In this document: one piece after another, positions 22,973 to 35,599 of the stretch | Layout of the letters: each line of letters opens with the position of its first letter | Numbering within the stretch: position 1 is the stretch's first letter | Assembly (NCBI RefSeq): GCF_001194135.2 | Contig: NC_068984.1 | Span: 10,966,308-11,010,353 of the forward strand | Reading direction: 5' to 3' | Length of the DNA stretch: 44,046 nt | Source of the DNA: Octopus bimaculoides | Taxonomy: Eukaryota | Notes under the pieces: generated by a model | Told to the model about the DNA's origin: nothing | Database searches by the model: none | Seen by the model: the letters and a program-made list of their open reading frames with translations, nothing else | Position numbers and translations under genes: made by a program

Positions 22973-24307
22973 AAGGTAGGGAACAGTAAAGTAAATTGGG
23001 ATTCATATTCAGTAAATAGATTCACGTATCCCATTGTTTATTTTTATAATTAATCATTGATAATCTGGTGAACAGATGAGTAATAAATCTCTCAAATTTA
23101 CTGAGATCAAATCCTTGCCTCTTGCATCATACATTATAAAACCGGGATTTGTATCAGGGATGATATGATGTGTTCAGAAGGAAATTGAGTTGAAGGCTAA
23201 GAAAAGACAGGGGAGTATGAAGAGTAGCTAGGGCGGTGTGGGTGGGTGGGGGGGGTTGAACAATGGCAAAAGTGAAGGTGACAAATCACCTGTCAAAAGA
23301 GTCAGATTATACTGATAGGACGAGAAGAAAAACAGAATGTTATTTTGTTTATATTATAGTTTGTATCATCCTCTGTCGTGGTTGTAATTTCATTTTGATT
23401 GGTAATTATTATCAAGCAAACTCAAGAAAAATATTTGGCTGGAGAAAAGAAAATAAGTTTTAAGCCTTTGTGTAAAAGGAGGGCAGGGTGACCCTATGAA
23501 TCTGATATTTTAAAAAGAATAATTTTATTTTTTTTGCTTGTTACTTTCACAATATTATACAGTGAATTTCTGTTCCTAATTCCACATAGATTTTAGTTAA
23601 CAAGCCAGGACCAAAATAGAGAACAGACAGAACATGTATAATATTTCTGAAAGTAAAAAAAAAGATATATATAAAAGTCTCTGAGGATAAAAAAAATACA
23701 CCAAAAAAAAAATATAGTTATTTACTTTACTTAGAAACTGGACAAAAAAGATAAAACTGTCTTCTTGTCTCCTCATCCTACTACATTTCACCCTGAAGTG
23801 ATAATAGTTGTTTTGTCTAAAGAAATCAAGAATAGCATGAGAGTGTGATAGTGTCCTGTTGACCCATTTAGTAGTGCTGGTGCCAGTTTAATAAGTTGGT
23901 GTTTAGCAGCCAATGCAGATGTCTTGTGAGCTACTTTAATGCTATAAAGCCAAGCCAGGCATCATTTTACTACTGCCTCTTCCTAGGCACTTCAAGAAAG
24001 AAATGTCTTGCGCCTTAATCAACCAAGCCACTCAAAGAAGTTTTAGTTCTAAACACTTATTCTGAAGAATAACTGCCAAAGAGGGAGTAGCATTTTAGGT
24101 GGGGTCTTTTTCCCTATTATAGAAAGAAAAGAAAAACCAGCAAAACATTCTTAATTACCTAAGCTATAAGGATTTTTTTAATTCTTTTTTTAGTCATTTC
24201 AAAGCTCAAAAAATTTTTATTTCCTGATGTGTGTAATATATATATATATATATATATATATCATCATCATCATATATATATATATATATAAAAATATATA
24301 TATATAT

Positions 24308-24345
<38 letters not shown>

Positions 24346-24385
24346 ACATGTGTATGTATATACATGTATGTTTATATATATATAT

Positions 24386-24611
24386 ATTGAGTTAGAAAAC
24401 AGAGAGATTTAATGGATACAAATTAATTTATTAATTAATCAACATATTAACCAACAGTTGTTTCATTTCTCAAATAAGATTAAAATTGCAAAAAAAACAT
24501 ATGTTTTGTAATTTTAATCTTATTTGAGAAATGAAACCATTGTTGGTTAATATGTTGATTATTTAATAAATTTATTTGTATCCATTAGATTTCTTTGTTT
24601 TCTAACTCAAT
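24386..24611. repeat. AT-rich near-perfect palindrome without spacer
   Basis: Arms of about 113 bp centred on aaacat|atgttt (24500/24501). Confidence 0.9.
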
Positions 24612-24759
24612 AAAAATGTCTGATATCTTACAATATTCTACATAATACATTCATTGAAGAATTATCTCTTCAAAATTTAATATATTAAACCAGTGTATCT
24701 TGGATAAATATCCCTATAAGAGGTTTGAATATCTTCATTGATGACTTATATATATAGTC

Positions 24760-24940
24760 ATCATCATTTAATGTCCGCTTTCCATGCTAGCATGGGTTGG
24801 ACAATTTGACTGGGGACTGGCGAAGCGGATGGCTACACCAGACTCCAATCAGATCTGGCAGAGTTTCTACAGCTGGATGCCCTTCTTAACACCAACCACT
24901 CCAAGAGTGTAGTGGGTGCTTTTTACGCGCCACCGGCATG
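24760..24940 (-). mobile_element. SINE family A
   Basis: catcatcatttaatgtccgctttccatgctagcatgggttggac...gagtgtagtgggtgctttttacg. Confidence 0.85.
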
Positions 24941-24969
24941 TTTGTAATTATCATGTTTGGTCTTGCTAT

Positions 24970-25110
24970 GTGGCTGAGAAGTTACCTTCCTAACCACTTG
25001 GTTCAGGATTTAGTCCCACTGTGTGGCACCTTGAGCAAGTGTCTTCTACTTTAGGCCTGGACCAACCAAAGTTTTGTGAGTTCATTTGGTAGACAGGAAT
25101 TGAAAGAAGC
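24970..25110 (-). mobile_element. SINE family B head region, rearranged or decayed
   Basis: Contains family B head motifs (taaccacttggttcaggatttagtcccact...gagcaagtgtcttctact). Orientation of the flanking pieces is uncertain. Confidence 0.5.
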
Positions 25111-25317
25111 TCGTGTGTGTGCGCATGTGCAAATGTGGCACAGGGGCGACAACAAAGGAACATTTGGAAAAAATAAAAAGAAAAGAAAAAACACAGTGGA
25201 CACAAGTATGCTCAACCTTTCATCAGGCAACAACCAAAATCATGCTGTGTATATATAAAAGTGGACGTTAAAATAATGATGATGATGCATGTCTATATGT
25301 ATGTTTATTTTCCTTTG

Positions 25318-25366
<49 letters not shown>

Positions 25367-25612
25367 CTATACAAGTGCAGGCCAAATAATTCACAACCCA
25401 AAGTTCTTGGGTCCTATCCCACTACATGATTCTCCATGCAAATACCTCCTGCCTTAGACTGATCCAAACTTTGGAAGTGAAATCAAGTTGAGAGAAACTG
25501 TGTGTAAACTCCCAAATGAAATGCATCTGGAAACCAAAAGACCTGCTATGACATTGTCACACCAAATACATCTAAGGCTTATGCATTCTGTCATATCATA
25601 CACATACATGTA

Positions 25613-25877
25613 TATTGTTTGTCCAAAATGGTATTAGATATTGTTAAAAAATTCCGCTGTTTGAGGCAGAAAATAGGATGAATCAGGTCCCAAAATCCCA
25701 ACAACAAATCTATCACTTGTTGAATGATCATATTACAAATTCCATTATCACAAAGACCTACCAATCCTTGAATCTTGCATCTATTTTTTTCTGAATCAGC
25801 ATCATGATTCATGAGGTTATTCCTCATTGTAAATATGGAATCAAGGTGGGGGTGCCTTGCTATTTTGGACATCAGTG
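25613..25877. mobile_element. Possible Tc1/mariner-type MITE
   Basis: Termini ta-tattgtttgtccaaaat and attttggacatcagtg-ta share the inverted core TGTCCAAAAT. Confidence 0.4.
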
Positions 25878-26041
25878 TATACAATACATCTAATATTTAT
25901 ATATGGAGTTTTAACTTGTTTTCCTAAGCTAAGCTAAGTGACTAATTATTTGGTAAAGATAAAAATAGTGCAGTGAAAATATTTAGAAAAAAATAAATAA
26001 AATGTAATAGTAGGTAATATAGATCTAAGGAGTGTATATAA

Positions 26042-26092
<51 letters not shown>

Positions 26093-26331
26093 NNNNNNNN
26101 NNNNNNNNNNNNNNNNNNNNNNNNNNNNNNNNNNNNNNNNNNNNNNNNNNNNNNNNNNNNNNNNNNNNNNNNNNNNNNNNNNNNNNNNNNNNNNNNNNNN
26201 NNNNNNNNNNNNNNNNNNNNNNNNNNNNNNNNNNNNNNNNNNNNNNNNNNNNNNNNNNNNNNNNNNNNNNNNNNNNNNNNNNNNNNNNNNNNNNNNNNNN
26301 NNNNNNNNNNNNNNNNNNNNNNNNNNNNNNN
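26093..26331. other. Assembly gap within (TA)n/(TG)n
   Basis: Run of N. Confidence 1.
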
Positions 26332-26357
26332 ATATATATATGTGTGTGTGTGTGTGT

Positions 26358-26392
<35 letters not shown>

Positions 26393-26620
26393 CATTTATG
26401 TATATATTTATGCATATATATTTGTATATATACATATACTTATACACACACATGCACACGTGTGTGTGTGTGTGTATAATCATTATATTATCACTGCCTT
26501 TCTCAGATTTCACACTGCAAACAGAATGTGGAAATGGGAAATGCTGGATGGGACCAGCGTCACGAATAAGTGTTTTCTTCATCTAGAACCTTAAATAAAA
26601 TTGAGCGTCTGTGTGTGTTA

Positions 26621-26663
<43 letters not shown>

Positions 26664-27286
26664 ACATATGTATATTTGTGTATGTGAAGGCACATGGCTT
26701 AATGGATGGGGTGTTGGGCTCATGATGCTAACCCTTTGCCTGTCCTGTGTATCACATGTAACACACAGGGCACGTGTCCCTGGCATCCATGCATCATATA
26801 TGACACACATACCCGATTTTTTCGACCATTAGAATAACTCAGGACTTATGTAAGAAAATCTTTTTTATGACTCAGAACAGGAAAGTAGAGCTAAATCAAA
26901 GTCTGAAAATAAACGTAGATGTTTAGGAAAAACTTATGAAAATGCTTTGGACAGGTAGAGGGCTAAGGTTGTGAGTTTGATCCCTGGGTCAAGTGGAGAA
27001 CTGTGTCCTTGAGCAAGGCACTTCATTTAACGTTGTCTGAAAATGAGTACCAGCCTTGATGTTCCATTGGGTGATGGACAAGGGGGCTGAAAGAGTGTCT
27101 GTGTCTACTCATGATGACATGGGCATCTGAAACAAATCAAAAAAAGTGTGGTACATGTTACCAGGTCCTACTTGCTTCTAGGTGATGGCTTAACTTTCAT
27201 ATATGTGTATGAGGAGATGTATGTATATATCTATATGTATGTTTGTATTATCTCTGCATGTATGTATAGATGTTTGTGTGTGTGTG

Positions 27287-27335
<49 letters not shown>

Positions 27336-28246
27336 CATTTTTATGTCCACTTTTCCATTTTGCATGGGTTAGATAAATACAGCTAGATTGCCTTCTTGTC
27401 ACCAACCTTCACCTGCTTTTCAAATAAAATCACACACACACACATGTAGTACCAAAGTATTTTATTTGTAAATTATGTGTGCAGATGATGAAGCATTAAC
27501 TCTGAAAGCTCTCAGTACATATAATTAGAGTATGAGATACATTTTTAGAAAGAAAAGGTTGACAGCAACTTCATAGTTTCACTGGTGATCAGCTTTGTCA
27601 AAGTATTTAATAAAACCAAACCATTGGACAAACTTCAAAGTTACTGTTAAGCTTTACCTTTTATATATGTACATATAGTAGTGGGAAAATGTGGACAACA
27701 ATTAATGGAAAAAACACCAAACAAACAGCAAAACCCCTCATCGGCCATGTTATCCAGAATCATAAAGGTTTCTGCACTGGATCATGAAAAACCCACTCCA
27801 CTTTTCATGAAAGTGCCTGTAATCATAGACATAGAAAGCTGAGAATTCTGAATTCATATATATTAAAGCACAACAGACAGACTTTGGGGTAGAATGGAAT
27901 GACAAACAAAAAGATCTTGGAAGATATGTGACATATCATAAAAGGGAAAGTGTCTTTTGACTTTGGGTCAAACAAAAACAGTGAGGATGTGAATGCAAAT
28001 ATATGACTTGTTTGTGTGTGATTGAAAGTATCCCTTTTAAATAATTGATAGTTATAATTTTGACACACACGGTCAATTCAACATTATCAATAAATTCCTC
28101 TCCACAAAATGTAATGAGTCCCATCATAAGTAAATGTTTTACCGTTTCTTACAAATTGATCAACAATACCTACTTTTTTATACACACACACGCATATATA
28201 TTTATATAGTATATATATATATATATATATACTATATATATATATA

Positions 28247-28338
28247 NNNNNNNNNNNNNNNNNNNNNNNNNNNNNNNNNNNNNNNNNNNNNNNNNNNNNN
28301 NNNNNNNNNNNNNNNNNNNNNNNNNNNNNNNNNNNNNN
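28247..28338. other. Assembly gap within (TA)n
   Basis: Run of N. Confidence 1.
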
Positions 28339-28366
28339 ATATATATTTTACATTAGATAAAAATAG

Positions 28367-28547
28367 AGTGATAGCATGTTGTCAACTTAATGTGACAGTC
28401 CCATAAAAGAGAAGAATGCTACTGTTATTTAGCCCTAGGAAACACCGTTTCAAGTCCAACAGGAAACGGTATTTCCCAGGGCTAAATAACAGTAGCATTC
28501 TTCCCTTTTATAGGACTGTCACATTAAGTTGACAACATGCTACCACT
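28367..28547. repeat. Fold-back palindrome (about 85-bp arms, 11-nt loop)
   Basis: agtgatagcatgttgtcaac...ggaaacaccgtttc [aagtccaacag] gaaacggtatttcc...gttgacaacatgctaccact. Confidence 0.9.
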
Positions 28548-29030
28548 TTATCATGCTGCTACTGCATAAATTTCTCTGAGAGTTTTAGAAATATATTATT
28601 TCTATTTTAGATGAAAATATTCTTAATATATATTTTCATTTATGTAGATATGCATGTACTATAAACACTAAGAATGAAAGGAATAAAGCTTGATAAAGAT
28701 GATATATGTATGTATACATGTGTGTATGTATATAGACTCATAGACTGAGTGAGTGGAAGAGATTCATGTGAGAAAACCTTCGTCTAATATCCCCAAACAC
28801 TTTTGATGCAGGAGGATGAGGCGACAGTAATCTGTTCTTCTTCTAAATATTTACACCTTCATATATTTTCATTAAAGTCTTCATTTACTAACCATTTCCA
28901 CCTGAACAATATTTTCGCTTCTTCTATCAACAGCTGTTAAATACTTTTCTCATACACTTTCTTTCTATCAACAATCTTCATCAACTTCTCCTCATTTACA
29001 GTCTTTTCCCTCAATTTTTTTTCTGTACAT

Positions 29031-29063
<33 letters not shown>

Positions 29064-29075
29064 TTCTCTCTCTCT

Positions 29076-29107
<32 letters not shown>

Positions 29108-29460
29108 TAGATAAGTTTTCTTTTCATACAGATATTTCTTTTGCTGTTACCTACATTTTCATTATCTTCTCCTTCATCATTCCTTATTTCTCTCTCTCTC
29201 TCTCAATTTCATTCTTACCTTATTCTCTCTCACTCTCTCCTCTTGGTTTTATCGTTACCTTATTTTTGTTCTTTTTTGTTCACTCTTTCCCCCTACCCCA
29301 AACATATTCTTTCACATATTAGTTCTTTCTACTCTCTGTCATTCACTCTTTTTCCTTCCCTTATTCACACACTCTCTCTTTCTTTCCCAAGTGGTTTCTC
29401 TGTCTTTTCTTTCTCATCTACTTTCACTTTTCACTCTTTTTCAAAACAACTATTTTCATT
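29031..29460. repeat. (CT)n microsatellite (29031-29106) and downstream pyrimidine-rich low-complexity tract
   Basis: Direct reading. Confidence 0.85.
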
Positions 29461-29582
29461 CTCAAAAAATTATTTTTGGTCAACCCACATTGAGATTGAA
29501 CTTGGAACCATTGTTCTTATGAAGCAAACTTCTTAACCACATACTTATTAGATAATGGACATTTAAATACATTTTAAATAGG

Positions 29583-29845
29583 TGCAGGAGTGGCTGTGTG
29601 GTAAGAAGCTTGCTTACCAACCACATGGTTCTGGGTTCAGTCCCACTGCATGGCACCTTGGGCAAGTGTCTTCTACTACAGCCTTGAGCTGACCAAAGCC
29701 TTATAAGTGAATTTGGTAGACGGAAACTGAAAGAAGCCTATCTTATATATGTGTGTGTGTGTGTGTGTGTGTATGTCTGTGTCTGTCCCCTCAACATCGC
29801 TTGACAACCGATGCTGGGGGGACAGACAAGTAAAAGAGTAAAAGT
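29583..29845 (+). mobile_element. SINE family B with internal deletion of most of the 3' half
   Basis: The head and body are intact to ...cgcttgacaaccgatgctgg, then the sequence jumps to the tail acaagtaaaagagtaaaag. Confidence 0.85.
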
Positions 29846-30124
29846 GAGTATATATATATACAATGGACAAATGCCTTTCAGTTTTACAACAAAATGAAAA
29901 TAATTGTACAATTACAACATAAATAAATAACAGTAAGGGTCTTTCGACTATCAGTGGGCTGGCGCAAAGGAAAGATGGAAAGTCTTAACAGACTGAGTGG
30001 GAGGACAGATGAATGTGACTAGCCTGGATGATGGCTGGTCAAAAAAGGACAACAATGCCTTGGCCGGACAGTAATCACGTGGCAGGAGAGGGAAAGAGTT
30101 GTAGAGGGCAGAGGGATTATACGA

Positions 30125-30545
30125 TGGGCTTCTTTCAGTTTCCATCTACCAAATCCACTCACAAGGCTTTGGTCAGCTTGAGGCTGTAATAGAAGACACT
30201 TGTCCAAGGTGCCATGCAGTGGGACTGAACCTGAAACTAATGCAGTTGGGAAACAAGCTTCTGACCACACAACCACTTCCAGTTATTACAACTGGTTCCT
30301 GTCATCGTAATTCTTGCCTTAATATTTTACTCCTTATGCATGCTGTGTGTAAGTGCTTGTCTCCACTACCACTTCTTAACTGGTGTTGGTTCGTTTACAT
30401 CCCCATAACTTAGTAGTTCAGCAAAAGATACTGATAGAATAAGTATCAAGCTTTAAAATAAGTACAGAGGTTGATTTGTTTGACTAAACCCTTCCTGCAG
30501 GGCCCTGGTTCAGTCTCAGTCTAATGACTGATAAACAAAGGGAAT
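30125..30545. mobile_element. SINE family B 5' half on minus (30125-30276) and 3' half on plus (about 30345-30545)
   Basis: gggcttctttcagtttcc...gaccacacaaccac (minus head), then ...tttacatccccataacttagtagttcagcaaaag...ctaatgactg (plus tail). Confidence 0.7.
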
Positions 30546-31455
30546 ATAATAGAAATACAAACTAACCCACAAACTTAATAAAGTAATTTATCCCTCTAAA
30601 TTACCCTCAGTTCGTTATGATTTTCATACTTAAGTAAAACACTTTAGCATTATATTTTACAAAAATTAATTCCAGGAAAAGGTTTTACCATTTGCATTGA
30701 GGTGTGGCAAACAGAACTAAGAAAGGCAAACCTAAGACCGACCTATTCCAATTATTATGACTGGTTCCTGTTATCGTAGTTCTTGCTTTAATATTCTACT
30801 CTTTTGGAAATACACTTTATATAGTTGTTTTGTTTAGTTTATGTGTGTGTGTTATTTTTTACTGAATACAGATGGTTTTGATTCTCATATTCATACATAT
30901 CAAATTTTATATCATAATTTGTTTACCTCTTAGCCAGTTAATATGAAAAATATCTCCTATAACTCTCTCTCTATTTCTTTCATATATAGTGATATTAGAC
31001 CTGTATATGTGTATATATATATATATATATTACACACACACATATGTATATATATGTGCCTATGTACACATATATTCTTATGTATATAATATCAACTAAT
31101 GTATGTATGCAAACAAATATAATTCAAAAAAGGAAATGTGATATCCTCCACTACTGACAGGAATTGAATTAAGTATATTTATCACAGACATTTAGTGCAG
31201 AGATTAGACTACTAATCATTGAAGTGTAGTGAAACTTTCATATTTTTCTAACATTTCAAAGTGGTCTACATCTATTGACTGCTACGATAGACCTAGAAGC
31301 TTTCATCATTGTGGAAACTGCCTTGAACCTTGTTATAACTCTAGTCTTGAACATCACCCAAGTATTAAGACCCTCAATGTTGCTATAAATGTTAATATCT
31401 CTAAAGACTTCATAAACACACACACAACACACGTACACATATACACATGCATATA

Positions 31456-31562
31456 CATCATCATCATCATTTAACGTCCATTTTCCATGTCAGCATGAGT
31501 TAGACAGTTTGACTGGAGCTGGCAAGCCAGAGCGCTGCACCAGGTTCCAATTGTCTGTTTTG
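31456..31562 (-). mobile_element. SINE family A fragment
   Basis: (CAT)n ttaacgtccattttccatgtcagcatgag...ctgcaccaggttcc. Confidence 0.75.
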
Positions 31563-31747
31563 GCTTCATTTCATCCATCCGATGAATCCTGCCAAGGTCA
31601 TGGACATTCCACCTCCTCTGACTATTTTTCAAAAAAATAAAGAAAACAAATTCAGTCCACATACAAGCACCTTGGCCAAATTATCTTCTGTTATAGACTT
31701 GGAATGACCAGTCCCTTGTGAGTGGAATTTGGTTGGTGGAAATTTAG

Positions 31748-31983
31748 AGTGGCGAGCTGGCAGAAACGTTAGCATGCCGGGCGAAATGCTTAGCGATATT
31801 TCGTCTGCAGTTACATTCTGAGTTCAAATTCCATCGGGGTCAACTTTGCTTTTCATCCTTTCGGGGTCGATAAATTAAGTACCAGTTACGCACTGGGGTC
31901 GATGTAATCGACTTAATCCCTTTGTCTGTCCTTGTTTGTCCCCTCTATGTTTAGCCCCTTGTGGGCAATAAAGAAATAAGAAA
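31748..31983 (+). mobile_element. SINE family C, young full-length copy, alternative tail, inserted in a decayed family B head
   Basis: gtggcgagctggcagaaacgttagcatgccgggcgaaatgc...gtcgatgtaatcgacttaatccctttgtctgtcc...gtgggcaataaagaaataag. Confidence 0.9.
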
Positions 31984-32663
31984 ATGTGTGGATTTGTGTA
32001 TGTGTGTACAGGCAGATCTAAATGTGTGTATGTATATACATTTGTGTGTGTATGTATTTAGAAGATTGTTTGCTATGGTTGGTCAGAGAGTGACCATTGG
32101 TTTTTCATCTATGAAGCACCTAACTGTATAGGCAACTTGTCAGACTCAAATAGCTGGAGGCATGTCTCTTTTATATATATATAAGAGGTTATGTGCTTCC
32201 ACTTACATATATATGTGTATGTATATACATATACATACACACAAGCATATTGATAAAAATCCTACATGAAATTGCTCTGCACTCAATTACAGATACTCCC
32301 TTGTAACTCTCACCATGGAAAAAATACAGTGATTGGTCGACTGGAAGTCTGACAAAATCATTGTTCAATATATTTGTGTTATAAAATAAATAGTGACCCA
32401 GCACCATACAACTTATCTCTCTTAGTGTTTATAAAGTGTGAAATATTTCACTTGCAAAATGAAAATCAATCCTAAAGAAACATTAAGTAAATTCCATATT
32501 AATATACAAACTTTCAGAAGCAGTCATAACAGAATCGGTAAAATTTCAGACAAAATACTATGTGTTATCTGGTTACAATCCCTTAACATTTCAAATGCAA
32601 GTCCCACCCAGGTTGACTTAGCTTGTTATCCTTTTGAAGTTGATAAAATAAGAAGCAGCCAAA

Positions 32664-32900
32664 TATCATCATCATCATCATCTAGTGTCCACTTTTCCAT
32701 ACTTGCATGGATCAGATGGAATTTGTTGAGGCAATTTTTTTACAGTTGGATGCTCTTCATGTTGCCAACCCTCGTTTGTTTTCAAGCCAAACACTACCAG
32801 ACGTGTTTTTTTTTTTCTTTTTACATAAGACTGGAAACAACCTCACCTCTATGGCAGTGATGCTCACTTATGGGCATTTTATGATGTCAAGACAAAGGTG

Positions 32901-32953
<53 letters not shown>

Positions 32954-33085
32954 GATGAACTTCTTTCAGCTTCTGTCTAACAAATCCATTCACAAGGCTT
33001 TGGTCAGCCTAGGGCTATAGTTGAGGACACTTCTCTATGATGCCATGCAGTGGGATTGAAACCAAGATCACATGGTTAGGAAGCA
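32664..33085 (-). mobile_element. Diverged family A-related element followed by SINE family B 5' half (after (CA)n)
   Basis: (CAT)n...gtccacttttccat...gttggatgctcttc; then cttctttcagcttctgtc...gccatgcagtgggattgaaacc. Confidence 0.65.
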
Positions 33086-33163
33086 TGGAAAAGTGCTCAA
33101 TAAAATGATAATGGTGGTGATGATGGATTTTATTTATTCCGAGTTTTATTTTCCAGGTAGTGA

Positions 33164-33166
<3 letters not shown>

Positions 33167-33219
<53 letters not shown>

Positions 33220-33385
33220 GCAGCCAGTACACTCTGTAAAGTGGTTGGTGTTAGGAAGGGCATCCAGCTATAGAAACCACACCAAAACTGACAATGGCGC
33301 TTGGTGCTGCTCCTGGCCCTACCATCTCTAGTGAAACTGTCTGGTCCATGCCAGCATGGAAAATGGGAGTTAAACGATGATGATG
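33167..33385 (+). mobile_element. (TAA)n microsatellite (33167-33216) followed by SINE family A
   Basis: cagtacactctgtaaagtggttggtgttaggaagggcatccagc...gagttaaacgatgatgatg. Confidence 0.8.
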
Positions 33386-34181
33386 GTATATAGATGTAAT
33401 GCAAAGATAAATGTTTATCTCATACATGATCATATGGTAAAGAGTCAATGGTTTCACCTTGTGTGAACAGAAATGATCATCCCTGTTGAATTCAAAGACT
33501 AGGATTGAAGTTCATTGTCATGTTCATTAATGTGTGACTAATCCAAGATGAAAGCTGATTTCAATTAGGTTTTAAACATTTCACTTACATCACCTGATAG
33601 AGTGTAAAGATAGAAGTTTCCAAGGTTATGTATTGCAACTGTAGTAGCAGGTTGTTATTCCATGTTATCTCATGGAAATCTCACCATTTCTCTTGTTATT
33701 ACAATATACTCTTATTTGCATAAAACAATTACAATCATATCTTTTTAAAGGCATTAGTGTAGTAAATAAAGTGGTTACAACAGAGAATTAAGGAGATGTT
33801 TATATTCAACTTACCAAGATCTTATTACCTGTGCCATATGATTAATATACGTTTCATTATACCATCAGCTCAGTTTTGTAATGGCCAAATGAATTAGGTG
33901 CCAAATACCTAATTTGAGGATGATTAGTTAAAATCTTCCTACTTCGTGTATTGCACTATATTCCTAAGAAGGATATTTAAATCTACTTAACTGCAGGAAA
34001 GGCTTTATGCTTAATTAAAGAATTATTCAATTACCATTTATTTAGTTTTGAGTGAGACAAAACTGATGTAATATTGCAAGTTAATTCTATTAACCTCATT
34101 TAGTTATCCAAATCCTATAAATTAGAGGACCCTAAAATAACATTAAGTAGGACTCTTCTTTCTTAGATTTCCTAACGTTTA

Positions 34182-34405
34182 TTAAACACTTCTGATAGCA
34201 ACCCACCTGAAACTATTCTTGGTTCTGTGAGACGACTTCCTGTTTCAAAGTCATCTAAATTAAAGTCTTTCATTAAAATTTCATGTTTATTTATGTTTCA
34301 AACCACTTTATTATGGAAAAAGATATTTTACTAAATTCTTCATTAATTTCGAAATTAAGTCAAACATAACAAGTGTATTTTAAAAGAAACATGGTTACAA
34401 AAAGC
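34182..34405 (+). mobile_element. Old TTAA-type MITE related to the 22-kb pair
   Basis: ttaaacacttctgatagcaacccacctgaaac...attttactaaattcttc...gaaacatggttacaaaa. Confidence 0.45.
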
Positions 34406-34639
34406 TAGAAATGATTTTTAAACATGTTGCCAAGAGAAACCATGCATAGAATAGACATTCCAATGATGTCCTCTTCAGAAGAAAGTGTATATTCTTTATT
34501 GTATGGCTTTTTGCTGAATGTAAACAATACACTCGACTCCGCTAGTCACGGATGACCATGGGTGCACCTAAGCGGTTCCTCTCCGGGGTACAAGTCTGGG
34601 TGGAAAGTCGCCTCACCAGCAAACGCATAACCTAGGGTT

Positions 34640-34900
34640 GTTTTTATGGAAGACCAGCAGTTATCCATGCATACCAGCCTCCCCTTTCCATGCCACCGAT
34701 GTTATCCAAGGGAAAGGCAAAGGTCGATACAGCTTGGCACCAGTGACGTTGCAACTCATTTCTACAGCTGAATGAACCAGAGCAACGTGAAATAAAGTGT
34801 GTAGCTCAAGAACACAACACACAGCCTGGTCCAGGAATCGAACTCACAACATCATGATCATAAACTCAATGCTCTAACCACTGAGCCATGTGCCTTCACA
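34640..34900 (-). mobile_element. tRNA-derived SINE family D
   Basis: Minus head tgaaggcacatggctcagtggttagagc...gtgagttcgattcctgg carries clear A- and B-box motifs, then gttgtgttcttgagc...tttatttcacgttgctc. Related heads occur at about 20930 and 26690. Confidence 0.8.
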
Positions 34901-35075
34901 ATAGGATGCTTTAAATTATGTGGCATTGAATTTTAATTATTTGGCTTCAAATGTTGACACAAGGCCAGCTATTTTAGGGGAAGGGCTGAGCCAGTTGCAT
35001 TTATCCCAGTGTAATAATACTATTTAAAAAAATACAATAAGGATTTTTTCCCTGCAATTTTTTCTTTTTTTTTTA

Positions 35076-35599
35076 CAGTGTGACCCCCAAAAAAACAGAA
35101 CCCATAAAAATCTTATAAAATCCTACAAAGGTTAAGTCTTAAACTTCGGTCTGTATATGATCATTCTCTTTGCATAAAAATCATGTTCTTTTCCAAACAT
35201 GCTCCAAATGGCATACGTCACACAAACACTTGCACACGTCATGCCTAATTGTCAATTACTCGAACAAATTCCTCTTTGAGGATTTCCCTGATTTCCGCTG
35301 TGATTGCTGCCTCCAGTTCAATTGTTCCAGGGTTGTTCTGGTAAACAATATCTTTGAGATACCCCCAGAGAGAAAAATTTGGGGGGGTTTAGGTCCAGTG
35401 AATGTGGTGCCCACTCAACGTCACACTTCCTACTGATCAGTCTCTCCTGAAATCGCTCTCTCAACTAGGCTAGGGAGTCATTTGATGCGTGGTGGGGTGG
35501 ACCCATCTTGTTGGAACCACTGTTCATCTTGATCTATCCTTCTGCGTTGTTTTATACAAACATTTGTGGGTTCTGTTTTTTGGGGGGGGGATCACCCTG
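35076..35599 (-). mobile_element. Tc1/mariner DD41D (rosa/Visitor-type) internal-deletion derivative, 524 bp
   Basis: TA at 35074-75 and 35600-01; TIRs of about 33 bp (CAG(T/G)GTGA..CCCCAAAAAAACAGAACCCA). Minus remnant EQWFQQDGSTP/HASNDSLA*LRERFQERLISRKCDVEWAPHSLDLNPP/NFSLWGYLKDIVY... has 41 residues between the QQD aspartate and the third catalytic position after frameshift repair. Confidence 0.85.

Noticed and set aside
25591-25884. 97-aa minus ORF
   Set aside because: Lies within a putative MITE and shows no transposase or other motif that I can recognise.
25942-26832. Long ORFs in several frames (YIYI, HTHT, CVCV runs)
   Set aside because: Translations of (TA)n/(CA)n microsatellites and N-gaps. 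The same applies to the ORFs at 7511, 7786, 17380, 21051, 24227, 27148, 28134 and 42737.
29141-29536. 131-aa S/L/F-rich ORF
   Set aside because: Product of a CT-rich low-complexity tract.
29930-30124. GC-richer segment with minus-strand CTGATAGTCGAAAG
   Set aside because: The core does not match CTGAnGA with a stem II, so it is not counted as a hammerhead. Origin unresolved.
35170-35436. 88-aa plus-strand ORF
   Set aside because: Antisense shadow of the DD41D transposase remnant.
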